Shown here: in pieces, positions 23,051-34,057 of the stretch | Layout of the letters: every line of letters begins with the position of its first letter | How positions within the stretch are numbered: the stretch's first letter is position 1 | Origin: Alphaproteobacteria bacterium | GTDB taxonomy: Bacteria > Pseudomonadota > Alphaproteobacteria > MPNO01 > UBA830 | Assembly (NCBI GenBank): GCA_964291215.2 | Contig: OZ219790.1 | Coordinates: 224,001 to 288,000 of the forward strand | Direction: 5' to 3' | DNA length: 64,000 bases | Notes under the pieces: generated by a model | The model's input: the letters and a program-made list of their open reading frames with translations, nothing else | What the model was told of the DNA's origin: nothing | Databases searched by the model: none | Position numbers and translations under genes: made by a program

Positions 23051-25440
23051 GGTACTGTAACTTGATGTCTGGAAATTTGTCTGAGGTTTGCGCTTTGAGG
23101 CGTTTCACTGGGGGGGGGGGGGGCTAGCCCCCCAGTGAAACGCGGCGCCATCGTGCTATCCCATGGAGTTGGAAAACATTCATGGAGGAAGCGAATGGAC
23201 CTACGACACACTACTGTTATGTCAGCAATGATATGTCGTACATTTGGTGCTAGACTGTCCGTCCATTCGGGATGGAGGTCGAAGTATGAAACGCTACGTG
23301 GTGACCCTGGACGAACGGGCAGAACTTTCGGAGATCAAGGGCTCGCACCTGTCGCAAAAGGTAATCAACGCCCTGCTTAACTGCGACGAGGGCGCGTTCA
23401 ATGAATGCCAGATGACCGGGAAGGTCATTGCCGAGATTCTGCGCATCAGCATGCGCAAAGTAGACCGAGTGAAAAAGCGTTTCGTTGAAGAGGGGCTGGA
23501 GGCGGCATTGGGTGGCCGGCAAGGACGCCGTCCTACCTATATGCGAAAAGCCGACGGCGTCTTCGAGGCGCGCTTGGTGGCCCTGAGTTGTGGTGAACCG
23601 CCTGAGGGTTACGCGCAATGGTCGTTGCGGCTGCTGGCCGACCGCGTTGTCGAGCTTGGTTACATTGATACCGTGTCACACGAGACGGTGCGGCGTGTTC
23701 TAAAAAAACTGCCTCAAGCCATGGCAGCGGGTGGGTGATTCCTCCTCAAGGGAACGCCGACTTCGCCGCAGCGAAGGTGCTCGATCGCCGCCCCGCCGCC
23801 TTCCCCGTGGTCTGCATGGACGAAACGCCCCGACCGGCGAGACACGGCAACCGATCGCCATGGCGCCGGGACGGGCGTAACGACTACGAGTATCGACGTT
23901 GCGGTACCTGCAACGTCTTCATGGACCCCCTAGCCGGCAAGCGCATGACTAAGGTAACCGAGCGCAAGATCGACTGGGCGCAGTTCCAGGCCGACATCGC
24001 CGAGCGCTACCAAGATGCTACCACCATCCCCCTGGTGATGGACAATCTCAACACTCATCGGCTCGGCGCCTTCTACGAGGCCTACCCGCCGGACGAGGCC
24101 AAGGCCCTGTGGGACCGCTTCGAGTTCGTCTACACCCCCAAGCACGGCAGTTGGCTGAACGTGATCGAACTCAACGTCATGATCCGCCTGAACCGCCGCA
24201 TCGACCGAGGTGTTACGCCGGGAAGTTGCCGCTTGGCAGGCGACCGCATTCAGGCCAAGGTGGATTGGCAGTTCACCACCGACGATGCCCGCGTGAAACT
24301 CAAACGCCTTTATCCGACATTTTATGAATGACAAGACACTACGACGATCGGAACTGTTTTGGAACATCTGATCGCAAACGGAGCAACGGATCTGGGGCGG
24401 GTCTTTGGCCAGCTCTTCGAGCTTGCGATGCAAATCGAGCGCGAGCAGTACTTGAAAGCGGGCCACCGGACACCGGAGCGACAGGGCTATGCCAACGGCT
24501 ACAAGCGGATCGACACCCCCACTGTTGCCGTTCAGGTGCCAAACGGTCACGGGGACGATCCCCCCCCCCCCCAGTCGCTTGAACGCGGCCAGCGATCTTC
24601 TCGCGCCGTGGCCGTAGCCGAGATGTACATCAAGGGTGTTTCCACGCGGCAGGATGTAATGCGCGAGTTCGGGAGCCTGTCCTCTTCTCAGGTCAGCCGG
24701 GCCACCAGGGTGCTCGACGAAGAACTCGCCGCGCAACCGGCCCCTGATGAACTACCTGATCCTGGATGCGCGCTACGAAAAAGCCCGCCATGACGGCGTT
24801 GTGCGCGATGTTGCAGTGCTCTCGGCCATCGGAATAGGGGCTGCAGGCACGTTCTGGGGCTCTCTGTGGCGCTCTCCGAGGCCGAGGTCCATTGGAGAGC
24901 CTTCCTGGAAAGCTTGCTAGCCCTGCATGGTACGACCTTCATCGTCTCGGATGCCGGGCTGAAAGCGGCACGACGCGCGGTGCTGGGCGCGGCGACGTGG
25001 CAGCGCTGCCAGTTCCACTTGGCGCAAAACGCCGTGCACCGAACAACGACATCAGGAAACGTATTGGAAAACAGCTCGGAGCCACGCCTCCTCACTCCAA
25101 ACCGCCGAGGCTGAACTGGGCGCCCTCGTGGCCAGCGACAAGCATCCAGGCTTCCTGGCTGGAAAAGAATGCGCCCGAGGGGCTCGCTGTCTTCACCTTG
25201 CCCGATGCTCACCGCAAGCGTATGCGAACCTCGAACGGCATCGAGCGACCGATCCAGCAAGAACTCAAGCGGCGCACCTCCAAAGTCAGGGTCTTTCCGA
25301 ACCTCGCCTCGTTGGAGCGCCTCTCAACCGCGGTCCTCATCGACGAAAAATGGGAAACCGAAACCAAGGCATACATCAAATGGGAACAGCTCGATGACTG
25401 AGAGCTTCACGACAATTTCCAGACATCAGGTTGCGTAATC
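23051..25440 (+). mobile_element. IS256-family element copy 1, interrupted by IS630-B
   Basis: IRs GGTACTGTAACTTGATGTCTGGAAATT / AATTTCCAGACATCAGGTTGCGTAATC. Fragments EMYIKGVSTR, LDARYEK, WQRCQFH and RTSNGIER..QELKRR. Confidence 0.9.
23214..24339 (+). mobile_element. IS630-family element, type B, copy 1
   Basis: Ends CTGTTATGTCA / TGACAAGACAC with TA duplication. Fragments WSLRLLA, VCMDET, MDNLNTH, YTPKHGSWLN and LKRLYP. Confidence 0.9.
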
Positions 25441-26710
25441 GTCGAATGTCCTGCCCGCCCCGCGAGATCGCCTTGGCAAACCGTCCAAACTCGACGATTG
25501 TCCGGGTGAAGGGTGAGACCAAAGCGGCCTCTCCCGAACGTCGCGAAGGTATGTCTCCGCATCCTGCTGGAACCCGACCACAATATCGTCCGCGTAGCGG
25601 GCAATGATCGCTTGACCGTTCGGAACCTTCGGACGCCATGCCTTGTGGAACCACAGATCGAGCACATAGTGCAGAAGCACGTTCGCAGGGGCTGACAATG
25701 GCACCCTGAGGCGTACCCGCACCGGTGTCGCTCCATGACGCCAGCGTTCAGCCACTTGCGGATCAGCGCCCGCCTGTCGCGTTGCTCCAGGAACTTGATC
25801 AACCAATCCCCGTGTCGAAGTATGCCTGAATGTCCGCGTCGACTATCCAGTTGACCTTGCGCCCCTCGATCCCGAACGCCAGGGCGTCGAGAGCGTCCCT
25901 CGGCCCGGTCGGAACCCGTAGCCAAGGAACTCCACCTCATAAATCGGTGTCAGGATCACATCTACAACCGCCTTCTGAACGATCTTGTCCTCCAGTGCGA
26001 CAAGCGGTCCTGTCCCGCCTTGGGTATCTCAACCCACCGGCGGCGCCCGGTACGCTCCCCCACGATGCAGGCGCGAGTGCAGATCAAGCAAGCGCTCGTC
26101 CAGACCCTCGCCATACGCCGCCCACGTCACGCCGTCGACACCTGCCGAGGCTTCCTTCTTCAGACCGAACCAGGCCGCCCGGAGCGCATCCGGCGTGATG
26201 GAAGAGTGCACGTTCCTTCGGGTTCCTCTCTGCAGCCCCGGTCCGCCGCCTGTGGCACCCGACACTGCGTTCGGCGCGTGCTTTGGCGTCCCGAATTCCC
26301 CTTGGTCGAGGCCCTTTCCTCCAGCAACTCCGCAGAAGCTCCCTTGTTCGCCGCCTTCACAGGGCCCCTTCTTCAAACCGTTCCTCATAGGCTTCGGCTT
26401 TCTCCTTCCCTGCACGGTCCCGACAGGCGGGATAGTTCGAAGACCTCCCGGGGTCCCAGGCGTGCGGACAGGTTCTCTGACACCGCGGGGTTCATCTCAC
26501 CAAATCGATGCCTGCGAGGTTGCCTTCGACCGTTCCGAAGCCTCGGCACCCCGAACCATGAGCTTTTCGGTGCTCATTAGCCCTGCCCCCGCTACCGACG
26601 CTTCGCCTGCCCCCTCGCGGGAACCGACGCTCACGGAGAAACGCGGTTTGGTTACTCCTTCGTTCCAGGGGACTTTCACCCCCTACCTCCTGCCAGTTCG
26701 CTTGGCACAC
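25441..26710 (-). mobile_element. Group II intron (class E-like), 5' part with degenerate RT; 3' part cut by IS256
   Basis: 5' end GTGTGCCAAG at 26710 and domain I motifs (TGAAAGTCC, GGGAGGTC). RT fragments GVDGVTW, ANV.LHYVLDLW and RYADDIVVGF. Confidence 0.85.
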
Positions 26711-26824
26711 CGGAACCCGCCCCACCGGCAGATCCCCTTGACTGGATGCTGCTCACCACCGAAGGCGACGTCACCGCTGCCCTCGACACCGTCTCCTTCT
26801 GCGAAAGGCGATGGCTGATTGAAG

Positions 26825-28413
26825 GTAACTGCTCACCCCCTAGTTCCAGCTTGATGTCGGGGTAGAGCAACGAACGGGTTTTCGTGGAGATTTGACACTG
26901 CAGGCCGATTCGTTTAGTGGTGGTAATCGAGAACGACGGGGACCGCCATTGGGCTACTTTGGATCGAAGGCGACGAGCGGGCTGTGCCAGCTGCTTCCGG
27001 GGCTCCAGCCCCCGCATGATCTGTATGTGGAAACGCATCTCGGAAGCGGCGCGCTGATGAAGCGCAAGGCCGGGTGATGGCGACGGGCGGCGCGCGAGGA
27101 GTTCGAAGCGGCCAAGACCGCGGCGCTGCCGGCAAGGTGGCGGAAGAAGCCGTCATCCGCATCCTCGTCATCCTGCTCGACATCATCATCGTCGTCCTTC
27201 TGGAGAAGACCACGCACGAGCCGGAACTCCGGTCTGCCGCCGTCACAGACGGACAAGGACGAGAGCGTGCCGGGAGCAACGGCCCGAAGCCGAACCGGCA
27301 GATGGGCGACAACCTGCGCAAGATCATCGTCGAGGAGACGGTCGCGGCCTGCGACGCCTGCGGCGCCGACATCGACGGCCCCGTCGATCGGGAGCGCCGC
27401 ACGACATCGTGTTCGAGGTCGTCGAGCGCCGCGCCGAGATCAAGGAATGCCCGAAGTGCAAGGCCCGAACCAAGAGCCGGTTCCCCGATAACATCCCGTG
27501 CAGTACGGCATCGGCATCCAGGCCCTCGTTATCAACCTGCTGGTCGCCCAGATGCTGTCCCTGCGCCGTGCCGTCGCGCTCGTGCAGGCGATCTCCGGCA
27601 TCAAGCTCTCCGAGGCCTCAGCTATGCTTTCACGATGCGTCATGGGAGGAGGCCGCCGTGGCGCACCTCCTGCAACGCCCGATGTCGACGATTTCGGATC
27701 AACAGCAAGTGGCTCCATGTCGTGGGACCCTGACGTGCAAGTTCCCGCACCGCAAGCGCGGGCAAGAGATCGGCCCGTGCTACAAGGGCGTCCTGGGCCT
27801 CGTACATGGGCCAGTGTAGCCACCAGCTGTGCGGCAGCCACCTGCTGCGCGAATTGACCTTTGTCGTCGAGGCTACCGCTGGGCGCGACTGATGAAGAGC
27901 CCTGCTCCGCGAGGTCTGCCACAAGGTCAACAAGAGCGCATCCAAAACCCTGAACGACGCCGGGCCGTGCGCAAGCGCTACCGCACCATCAGGGCGCCAG
28001 GGAACTGCCCGATATCCCGACGAAAGGAAAACGTGGACGCAAGTCCGACGCGCACAAACTGCACGAACGTCTCGTGAAACACGAAAACCTGCGCTTCATA
28101 GACAACCCCGACGTCAGCTTCACCAACAATGCCGGAGAACAGAAGATCAGGATGGCAAAGCTCAAGGTGTCCGGATGCTTCCGCTCCACGCAAAAGCATG
28201 GTGCCGGGGCTCAAGCTACCTCACCTCCATGGCCGCACTCGGCTAGAATCATCACGTCGCAACCCAGATCGCCCTCGACGGAAAAGCCGCAGACATCATC
28301 AACGAGCACTACGACCAATCAGAACCCAACTAGGGGTGAGTAGATACCAGAAATGTTTCACAGCAAACGCCGTCAGGAAAAACGATTCGTGATCAGTAAG
28401 GGTGAGTAGATAC
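26825..28413 (+). mobile_element. IS66-family element copy 2 with Dam fragment and duplicated right end
   Basis: Near-identical to copy 1. 8-bp TSD GATTGAAG (26817-26824, 28414-28421); right IR ends at both 28347 and 28413. Confidence 0.9.
26949..27077 (+). pseudogene. Dam N-terminal fragment, second copy
   Basis: GYFGSKATSGLCQ...YVETHLGSG. Confidence 0.7.
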
Positions 28414-28856
28414 GATTGAAGAATACTTCAAGGCCCTGAAGGTCGGCACACGGATCGAGGACCGGCCAGGCCGACGACCTGAGGAAGTGTCTGGCCTTCG
28501 ACGCGATCACCGCATGCCCCGTCATGACCGTCAAGCGTCTCGCACGCCGGCCAGCTACATCGTCCACCGCGACGAGGTCACGGTCCTGAACATCCACAAG
28601 TCCGTCAGACGACGCCAACCGCGTGGACCTCCCGATCCCGAACCGACCATCGAAGCCTTCGTCGTCGATGTCGCACGCTTGGCAGGCTTCATCCCCGGAA
28701 AGCGCCAACCCCTGCCGGGAACCGAGAAACTCTGGCAGGGATACCAACTCCTCCTCTACTTCGTCGAGCATCACAGAAAAATGCGGGAACACGATATGCA
28801 GAAATCAATGAACTCAATAGTGTCAGGTTGAAAGGGGCCCGCTCCTCCTCAAGCCA

Positions 28857-29041
28857 CAGGAAGAGTTCCTGTTAACGGCTGATCCAGAATCCGCGTACTC
28901 TCGCTTCCGCGAACATTCATGCCTCGGCCCCTCTTCGGTTTCTTCCAGATCTCGAAGATGTCACCAATCGGCGCCATCAAGTCCCTCCTGTCTCTCAAAA
29001 AAACAGCCACGGCCAAAAAATCGCGGCACCCCTGCAATTTT
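28857..29041 (+). repeat. Diverged direct repeat, copy A (partner at 31603-31787)
   Basis: Shared blocks GCTGATCC, CGTACTCTCGCTTCC, CCTCTTCGGTTT, CAGATCTCG and GCAATTTT. Confidence 0.75.
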
Positions 29042-29208
29042 GGACGAAGGCCGCTTCGCGGCCATGGGTGCTTGTGATCGAGCACTGTGCTGAGCGATCG
29101 ATGTGAGTGGTTGTGTTGAGAGATCGTCGTTCCTGATGTTTCGATGATCTGATCGAGGCACCACACTTCCTGGTCTCCCGACTGTTCGGGAGGACCATCA
29201 ACCAGGGA

Positions 29209-29945
29209 GTGAGAGGCAAAGGAAGTTTCACCTCTGCGCCAGAAGACGATCGAGACGATGAAGGGTCTGTCGCACGCAGGAGAACTATCTGCGTGAGATT
29301 ACGATGTTCGACCTCCATACCGGACATCAGCTGGAGAGTCAGACGGGCGAGGCCTGGATCCTGGAGCGGAGGGTCTGGCGCCACGCACGACCAACGTCAC
29401 GGCGATCCGCCTGTTCTATGATAGTGTGCTCGGTCAGCCCGAGAAGGTCCTGCGTTGTCGCCGGGTTCCCGACCGCCTGCCGCGGACGATCCCGGAAGAG
29501 GATGTCGAGCACCTGATCCAGGCGATCTACGCTACCGCACGGCAACCGTTGTCGCCTACGGCGCTGCGCATCTCGGAAGTGGTGTCGCTGCAGGTCACGG
29601 ACATTCACCGTGAGCAAGGTCTCCTGCACATCCGCGAGGGCAAGAGCCACCACGAGCGCCTGCCTGCCGTGCTCAAGGAACCGGAGCGCTACTGGAACTG
29701 GCCACGTCCCCAAAGCTGGCTCTTCTACAGCCACACGCCCGATGCGCCGATCACCGTGAAAGGACTGCAGGCCGCCTTTCAAAGGACCAAGTCGGCCTCG
29801 ATCACGGGGTCACCTTTCACAGTCTGCGGCACCGCAACACATCTTCTCGAAAGAGGTGCGCCGCAGAGTGTCGTGCAGGACGTCCTGGGACACAAGTCCC
29901 CGGAGACAACCCGGGCCCGCACCACGAATGTTCCGCAACCACCCG
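29209..29945 (+). pseudogene. Tyrosine recombinase/integrase (frameshifted)
   Basis: LRISEV..LQVTDI, IREGK and ATHLLE.G...VQDVLGH.SPETT motifs. Confidence 0.82.
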
Positions 29946-29969
29946 GTGGAGGGGTTCCTGGCCGCCCCT

Positions 29970-31050
29970 TGACCCGTCCCCGGCGTGGCGGACATCATTC
30001 ACCACGCCCGGCTTCCGCGTCACCCACCCCGGACGCGCGCTCTCGTGCGAGGTGCTTGACCGCATCGCATCCTGTCTCGGCGGTCACCTCTACCAGTGCA
30101 CCCGCGCTTCCATGTCGCCTGGCACTCACCGTCACTGCCCCCAGGGCGCCGCGGCGCAGGCGGCGCGGCAGGCAGACCAGGTCCTGCCCTACTTCCACAT
30201 CGTCTTCACCCTGCCCAGATCGCCTTCCAGAACCGAAAGACTGCGTTCGACATCCTGTTCCGTTGTGCCGCCGACACCCTCAAGACCATCAGCGCCGACC
30301 CCCGACACTTCGCCGCTCACGTCGGCGGCACCGCCGTGCTCCATACCTGGAACCAGAAGATGGAGTGGCATCCCCACCTCCACTGCCTCGTTCCCAACGG
30401 CGGCTTCGATATCAACTCCAGAGCGTGGAAGGCGGAGTCCTCCCACTTCTTCGCACCAGTCCTCGCATGCTTCTTCCGCAACCGCTTCCTCGAAGAACTG
30501 GCCAAGCTCACCTTCCACGGCTCCATCGCCGACCGCAAGACCTTTGAGAAGGTGAAGCACGCACGATCGCCTGGAACGTCTACGAGGCCCTTCAACGGAC
30601 CCAAGGCCGTCATCCGATACCTCTCCCGATACACCCTCGCCATCTCCGACGCCCGCATCATCGCCTTCGACGGCTCAACCGTCACCATGCGTCACCGCAA
30701 GCCCGCCGAGAAGGCGAGAAGCCCACCTACGGCGCCATGCAACTCTCCGCCGACGCCTTCATCAGACGCTTCCTCCTGCATCGCCTGCCCAAAGGACTGC
30801 ACCGCATCCGGCACTTCGGCATCCTCGCCAACGGAGCCAAGACCCTCGACGCCGTGCGCTCGCTCACCAGCCCGACGCCAACGACGACGACACTACCACC
30901 GACACCAGGGTCTGCACCCACTGCGGCGCCCCCTTGCGGCTCGTTCTCGACTTCGGACGCAAGAGCCTCTCCCCCGAAAAACGCGCCCTTCTCGACGCCC
31001 TGCTCCGCCAACGCGGGCCTCCAACACCACAGCCGCCGCCATGACCGCAC
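29970..31050 (+). pseudogene. IS91-family (Y2/HUH) transposase (frameshifted)
   Basis: PYFHIVFTLP, LHTWNQ..WHPHLHCLVP.GG, YLSRY and FIRRFLLH.LPKG.HRIRHFG motifs. Confidence 0.85.
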
Positions 31051-31602
31051 CGACATCCCCGCAGCACAAACGGTGGGCGTACCGCCGCTCTGTGTCCTCA
31101 TGACAGCAGACTGTCGTCCACAGCCCTCCAGAACCCCATGCCAGGGCGACCGCACGCATCCCGCAGGCCCCTTCGTCACAGGCCGAACATCACGCCCCGA
31201 CGTCGGACAACACGCATCCTCGCGCGTCCGTAAACAACACCTCCTTCACACTTTCTGCATGTCGACACCGGGGCGGCGCGGCCTTCGTCCAAACCCGCTT
31301 AGTGACGGCGCTCCGGCCGTCACTAACCAGAATCTTGCCAGAACCTTGAGGTCTTTGACCACCGTTCAGGCTCGGTGGTATCATGTCGCCTATGATGAAT
31401 GACACCACACAAGACATCTTCGACCCGCTGCGGAGGCATCCGCATTCCCTGGCGATCCGGACATCCGTCTTGACGAATTCCGCTACATTGTCGAGCGGCA
31501 CTCGCATGGTACCGTTCACTCCTACGGCTGGTCGGTCGACGAGAACGAAGGGGCAGTTGGAAACGTGGTCGGGAAGCTGCCATTGAGCGGCTGAGGCAGT
31601 TC

Positions 31603-31787
31603 CAGGAAAGGCACTTGTTGACAGCTGATCCGGAGCCCACGTACTCTCGCTTCCAGGGACACGGGGGCTTCTGCTCCTCTTCGGTTTGTTACAGATCTCG
31701 GAGATATCGCGAATCGACGGCACCAAGTTCTCCTGCCTTCAAGAATTCGGCACAAGCCGAAAAAAACTCCGCCAGTTCCGCAATTTT
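31603..31787 (+). repeat. Diverged direct repeat, copy B (possible MITE)
   Basis: Similar to 28857-29041; bounded by imperfect IRs GGCAGTTCCAGGAAA / TTTCCAGGAACCTCC. Confidence 0.7.
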
Positions 31788-31841
31788 CCAGGAACCTCCC
31801 GTGATACCGACATGTTGGAGAAAACCCGCCAGTGAACCGGC

Positions 31842-32071
31842 ATGAGTAACTGTTGCAGACAATCATCCGCGAAAGATCGGACGCGAACATCCGGTTCTCA
31901 GACCTGCGAGCCTTCATGCAGTATCTCGGATTTGGGTAGCGCATACGCGGGAGCTATCACCTTTTCGACAAGCCAGGTATCGTGGAAATTATCAACCTGC
32001 AAGGTCGTGGGGCGCATGCGAAACCTCATCAGGTAAGGCAGGTCCGACAGATCATTCTGGAATACCGCTAG
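31842..32071 (+). pseudogene. hicA: HicA toxin pseudogene
   Basis: SDANIRFSDL...RIRGSYH.F.KPG..EIINLQ...AKPHQVRQVR; frameshift near the start and internal TAG at 31937. Confidence 0.75.
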
Positions 32072-32084
32072 GAGGGGACGACTG

Positions 32085-32297
32085 ATGCATAAATACGAAA
32101 TTATTCTCTACTGGAGCAGCGAAGAACGGGTATTCATCGCCGAGGCGCCCGAATTGCCCGGGCGCATGGCGTACGGTGACGATCAGGAAACCGCGCTGCG
32201 TGATGTCAAGGACGCCATACAGTTGTGGATCGGGCGAGCGCAAGAGCTTGGCCGCGCCATCCCGCAGCCGAAGGGCGAGCGGCTGACGCTCGCGTGA
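32085..32297 (+). CDS. hicB: HicB-family antitoxin
   Basis: KYEIILYWS.E..FIAEAPELPG..A.G...AL..V.DAI.LWI; GGAGG RBS. Confidence 0.88.
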   Translation: MHKYEIILYWSSEERVFIAEAPELPGRMAYGDDQETALRDVKDAIQLWIGRAQELGRAIPQPKGERLTLA

Positions 32298-32365
32298 CCG
32301 CAAGACGCTCGCAACCAAGACAAAATCGTCCGTCCGCCATTCCCGGACCGCCCTGGAGACACTGC

Positions 32366-33994
32366 ATGACTGCTGCGAGAAACATCCTGTTCATCATGTG
32401 CGACCAGCTTCGCTGGGACTACCTGTCCTGCAACGGACACCCGTATCTCGAGACGCCCAACATCGACGGACTCGCCGCGAGGGGGGTGAACTTCAGGAAG
32501 GCCTTCGTGCAGTCGCCGCTTTGTGGCCCGTCCCGCATGTCGTTCCTGACCGGTCGCTACATGTTCAGCCACGGAGCGACATGGAACGGCCTGCCGCTGT
32601 CGGTGGGCCAGCCCAACATTGGCGACTGGCTGCGGCCCCACGGCCTCCGCTGCGCGCTGGTCGGCAAGACCCACATGTTTGGCGACCAAGAGGGCATGAA
32701 GCGGCTCGGACTCGATCCGGTCTCGGAGCTCGGCATCCTGACCTCCGAGTGCGGCCTCGAGCCCGTCGAGCGCGACGACGGCCTGTGGCCGGACCGGATC
32801 GTCGACTCCGACTACGCCTACAACCGCTATCTCCGTTCGAAGGGCTATGACGGCGACAACCCATGGCATAGCTGGGCCAACTCTGCGGAAGGGCCCGACG
32901 GCAAAATTCTCTCGGGATGGTATCTGGAAAACAGTCATCTTCCGGCACGGGTACGGGAAGAGGATTCAGAAACCCCGTACATGACAGGCCGCGCCATCGA
33001 ATTCATGGAGGAGCAGGGCGACCGGCCGTTCCTGTTGCACCTCTCCTACATCAAGCCTCACTGGCCCTATATCGCTCCCGCCCCGTACCACGACATGTAC
33101 GGGCACAACCAGGTTCTGCCGGCGGTGCGCGCCGAATCGGAACGGATCGACCCGCATCCGGTGCTCGGGGCACACATGAAGCACGGGGAGAGCCGCAACT
33201 TTTCTGCTGACGGGGTGCGCGAGAACGTCATCCCAGCCTACATGGGACTGATCAAGCAGATTGACGATCAGATGGGAAGCCTGTTCGCCTGGATGGAAAA
33301 GAGCGGGCGCATGGAGGACACGATGATCGTGTTTACCTCCGATCACGGCGATTATCTCGGCGACCACTGGCTCGGCGAGAAAGAGATGATGCACGAGTGC
33401 TCGATCCGGGTGCCGATGATCATCTACGATCCCGACCCGGCCGCAGACGCGACCCGCGGCAACGTCAGCGAACTGTTCGTCGAATCGATAGACATGATCC
33501 CGACCTTTCTCGACCTCCTTGGCGGCTGGCATGACCTCGGGCATGTACTCGAGGGCCGCTCCCTTCTTCCGACCCTTCGCGGTCGCGAACAGGGTTCGTG
33601 GCGGGACGCGGTGTTTTCGGAGAGCGACTATGCCTTCAAGCCGGTCCGTGAATATCTCGGTCTCGATCCCGCAGACGCGCGCTGCTTCATGATCCGGACG
33701 GAACGCTGGAAGTACATTCTCTACGAGGGCTACCCGCCACAGCTCTTCGACCTCGAAAAAGATGCGGACGAGTTCCGCGATCTCGCTGGAGATCCGGCAC
33801 ATGCCGGAACCTGCGCCGACATGCGCGAGCGCCTGTTCACATGGCTGCGCAAGCGCCGCACGCGCATCACGGTCTCGGACGAGAGCGTGCGCCAGCGCAC
33901 GGGCACGTCTTTGCAAAGAGGGTTCATCATCGGCCAGTGGAGTCCGGACGAATTCGTCAAGGGCGATCCCGATTCGGGATACAGGGTGGCGTAA
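32366..33994 (+). CDS. Sulfatase / phosphonate monoester hydrolase-like enzyme
   Basis: NILFIMCDQLR, CGPSR (CxPxR), YIKPHWP and TSDHGDYLGDH motifs. Confidence 0.9.
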   Translation: MTAARNILFIMCDQLRWDYLSCNGHPYLETPNIDGLAARGVNFRKAFVQSPLCGPSRMSFLTGRYMFSHGATWNGLPLSVGQPNIGDWLRPHGLRCALVGKTHMFGDQEGMKRLGLDPVSELGILTSECGLEPVERDDGLWPDRIVDSDYAYNRYLRSKGYDGDNPWHSWANSAEGPDGKILSGWYLENSHLPARVREEDSETPYMTGRAIEFMEEQGDRPFLLHLSYIKPHWPYIAPAPYHDMYGHNQVLPAVRAESERIDPHPVLGAHMKHGESRNFSADGVRENVIPAYMGLIKQIDDQMGSLFAWMEKSGRMEDTMIVFTSDHGDYLGDHWLGEKEMMHECSIRVPMIIYDPDPAADATRGNVSELFVESIDMIPTFLDLLGGWHDLGHVLEGRSLLPTLRGREQGSWRDAVFSESDYAFKPVREYLGLDPADARCFMIRTERWKYILYEGYPPQLFDLEKDADEFRDLAGDPAHAGTCADMRERLFTWLRKRRTRITVSDESVRQRTGTSLQRGFIIGQWSPDEFVKGDPDSGYRVA

Positions 33995-34057
33995 GGAATG
34001 CGAGCGGCGGCTCTTCTCGCAGAATCCGGCGCACCCGACTGATCGGAGAACGGCTGT

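Larger units (their letters stand above)
26711..28831 (+). pseudogene. IS4-family (IS50-like) transposase remnant split by IS66 copy 2
   Basis: PLDWMLLT..RWLIE (26711-26824) continues as EYFKALK.GTRIEDR and ARLAGFIP.KRQP.PG..KLW.G (28414-28831). Confidence 0.8.

Noticed and set aside
25441-26710. RT as a retron, DGR or defence RT
   Set aside because: The GTGYG 5' end, domain I motifs, and DV/DVI plus maturase in sister copies identify a group II intron; no TR/VR pair or msr-msd was seen.
31383-31594. Small protein upstream of repeat copy B
   Set aside because: It needs a frameshift to be continuous and no family was recognised.
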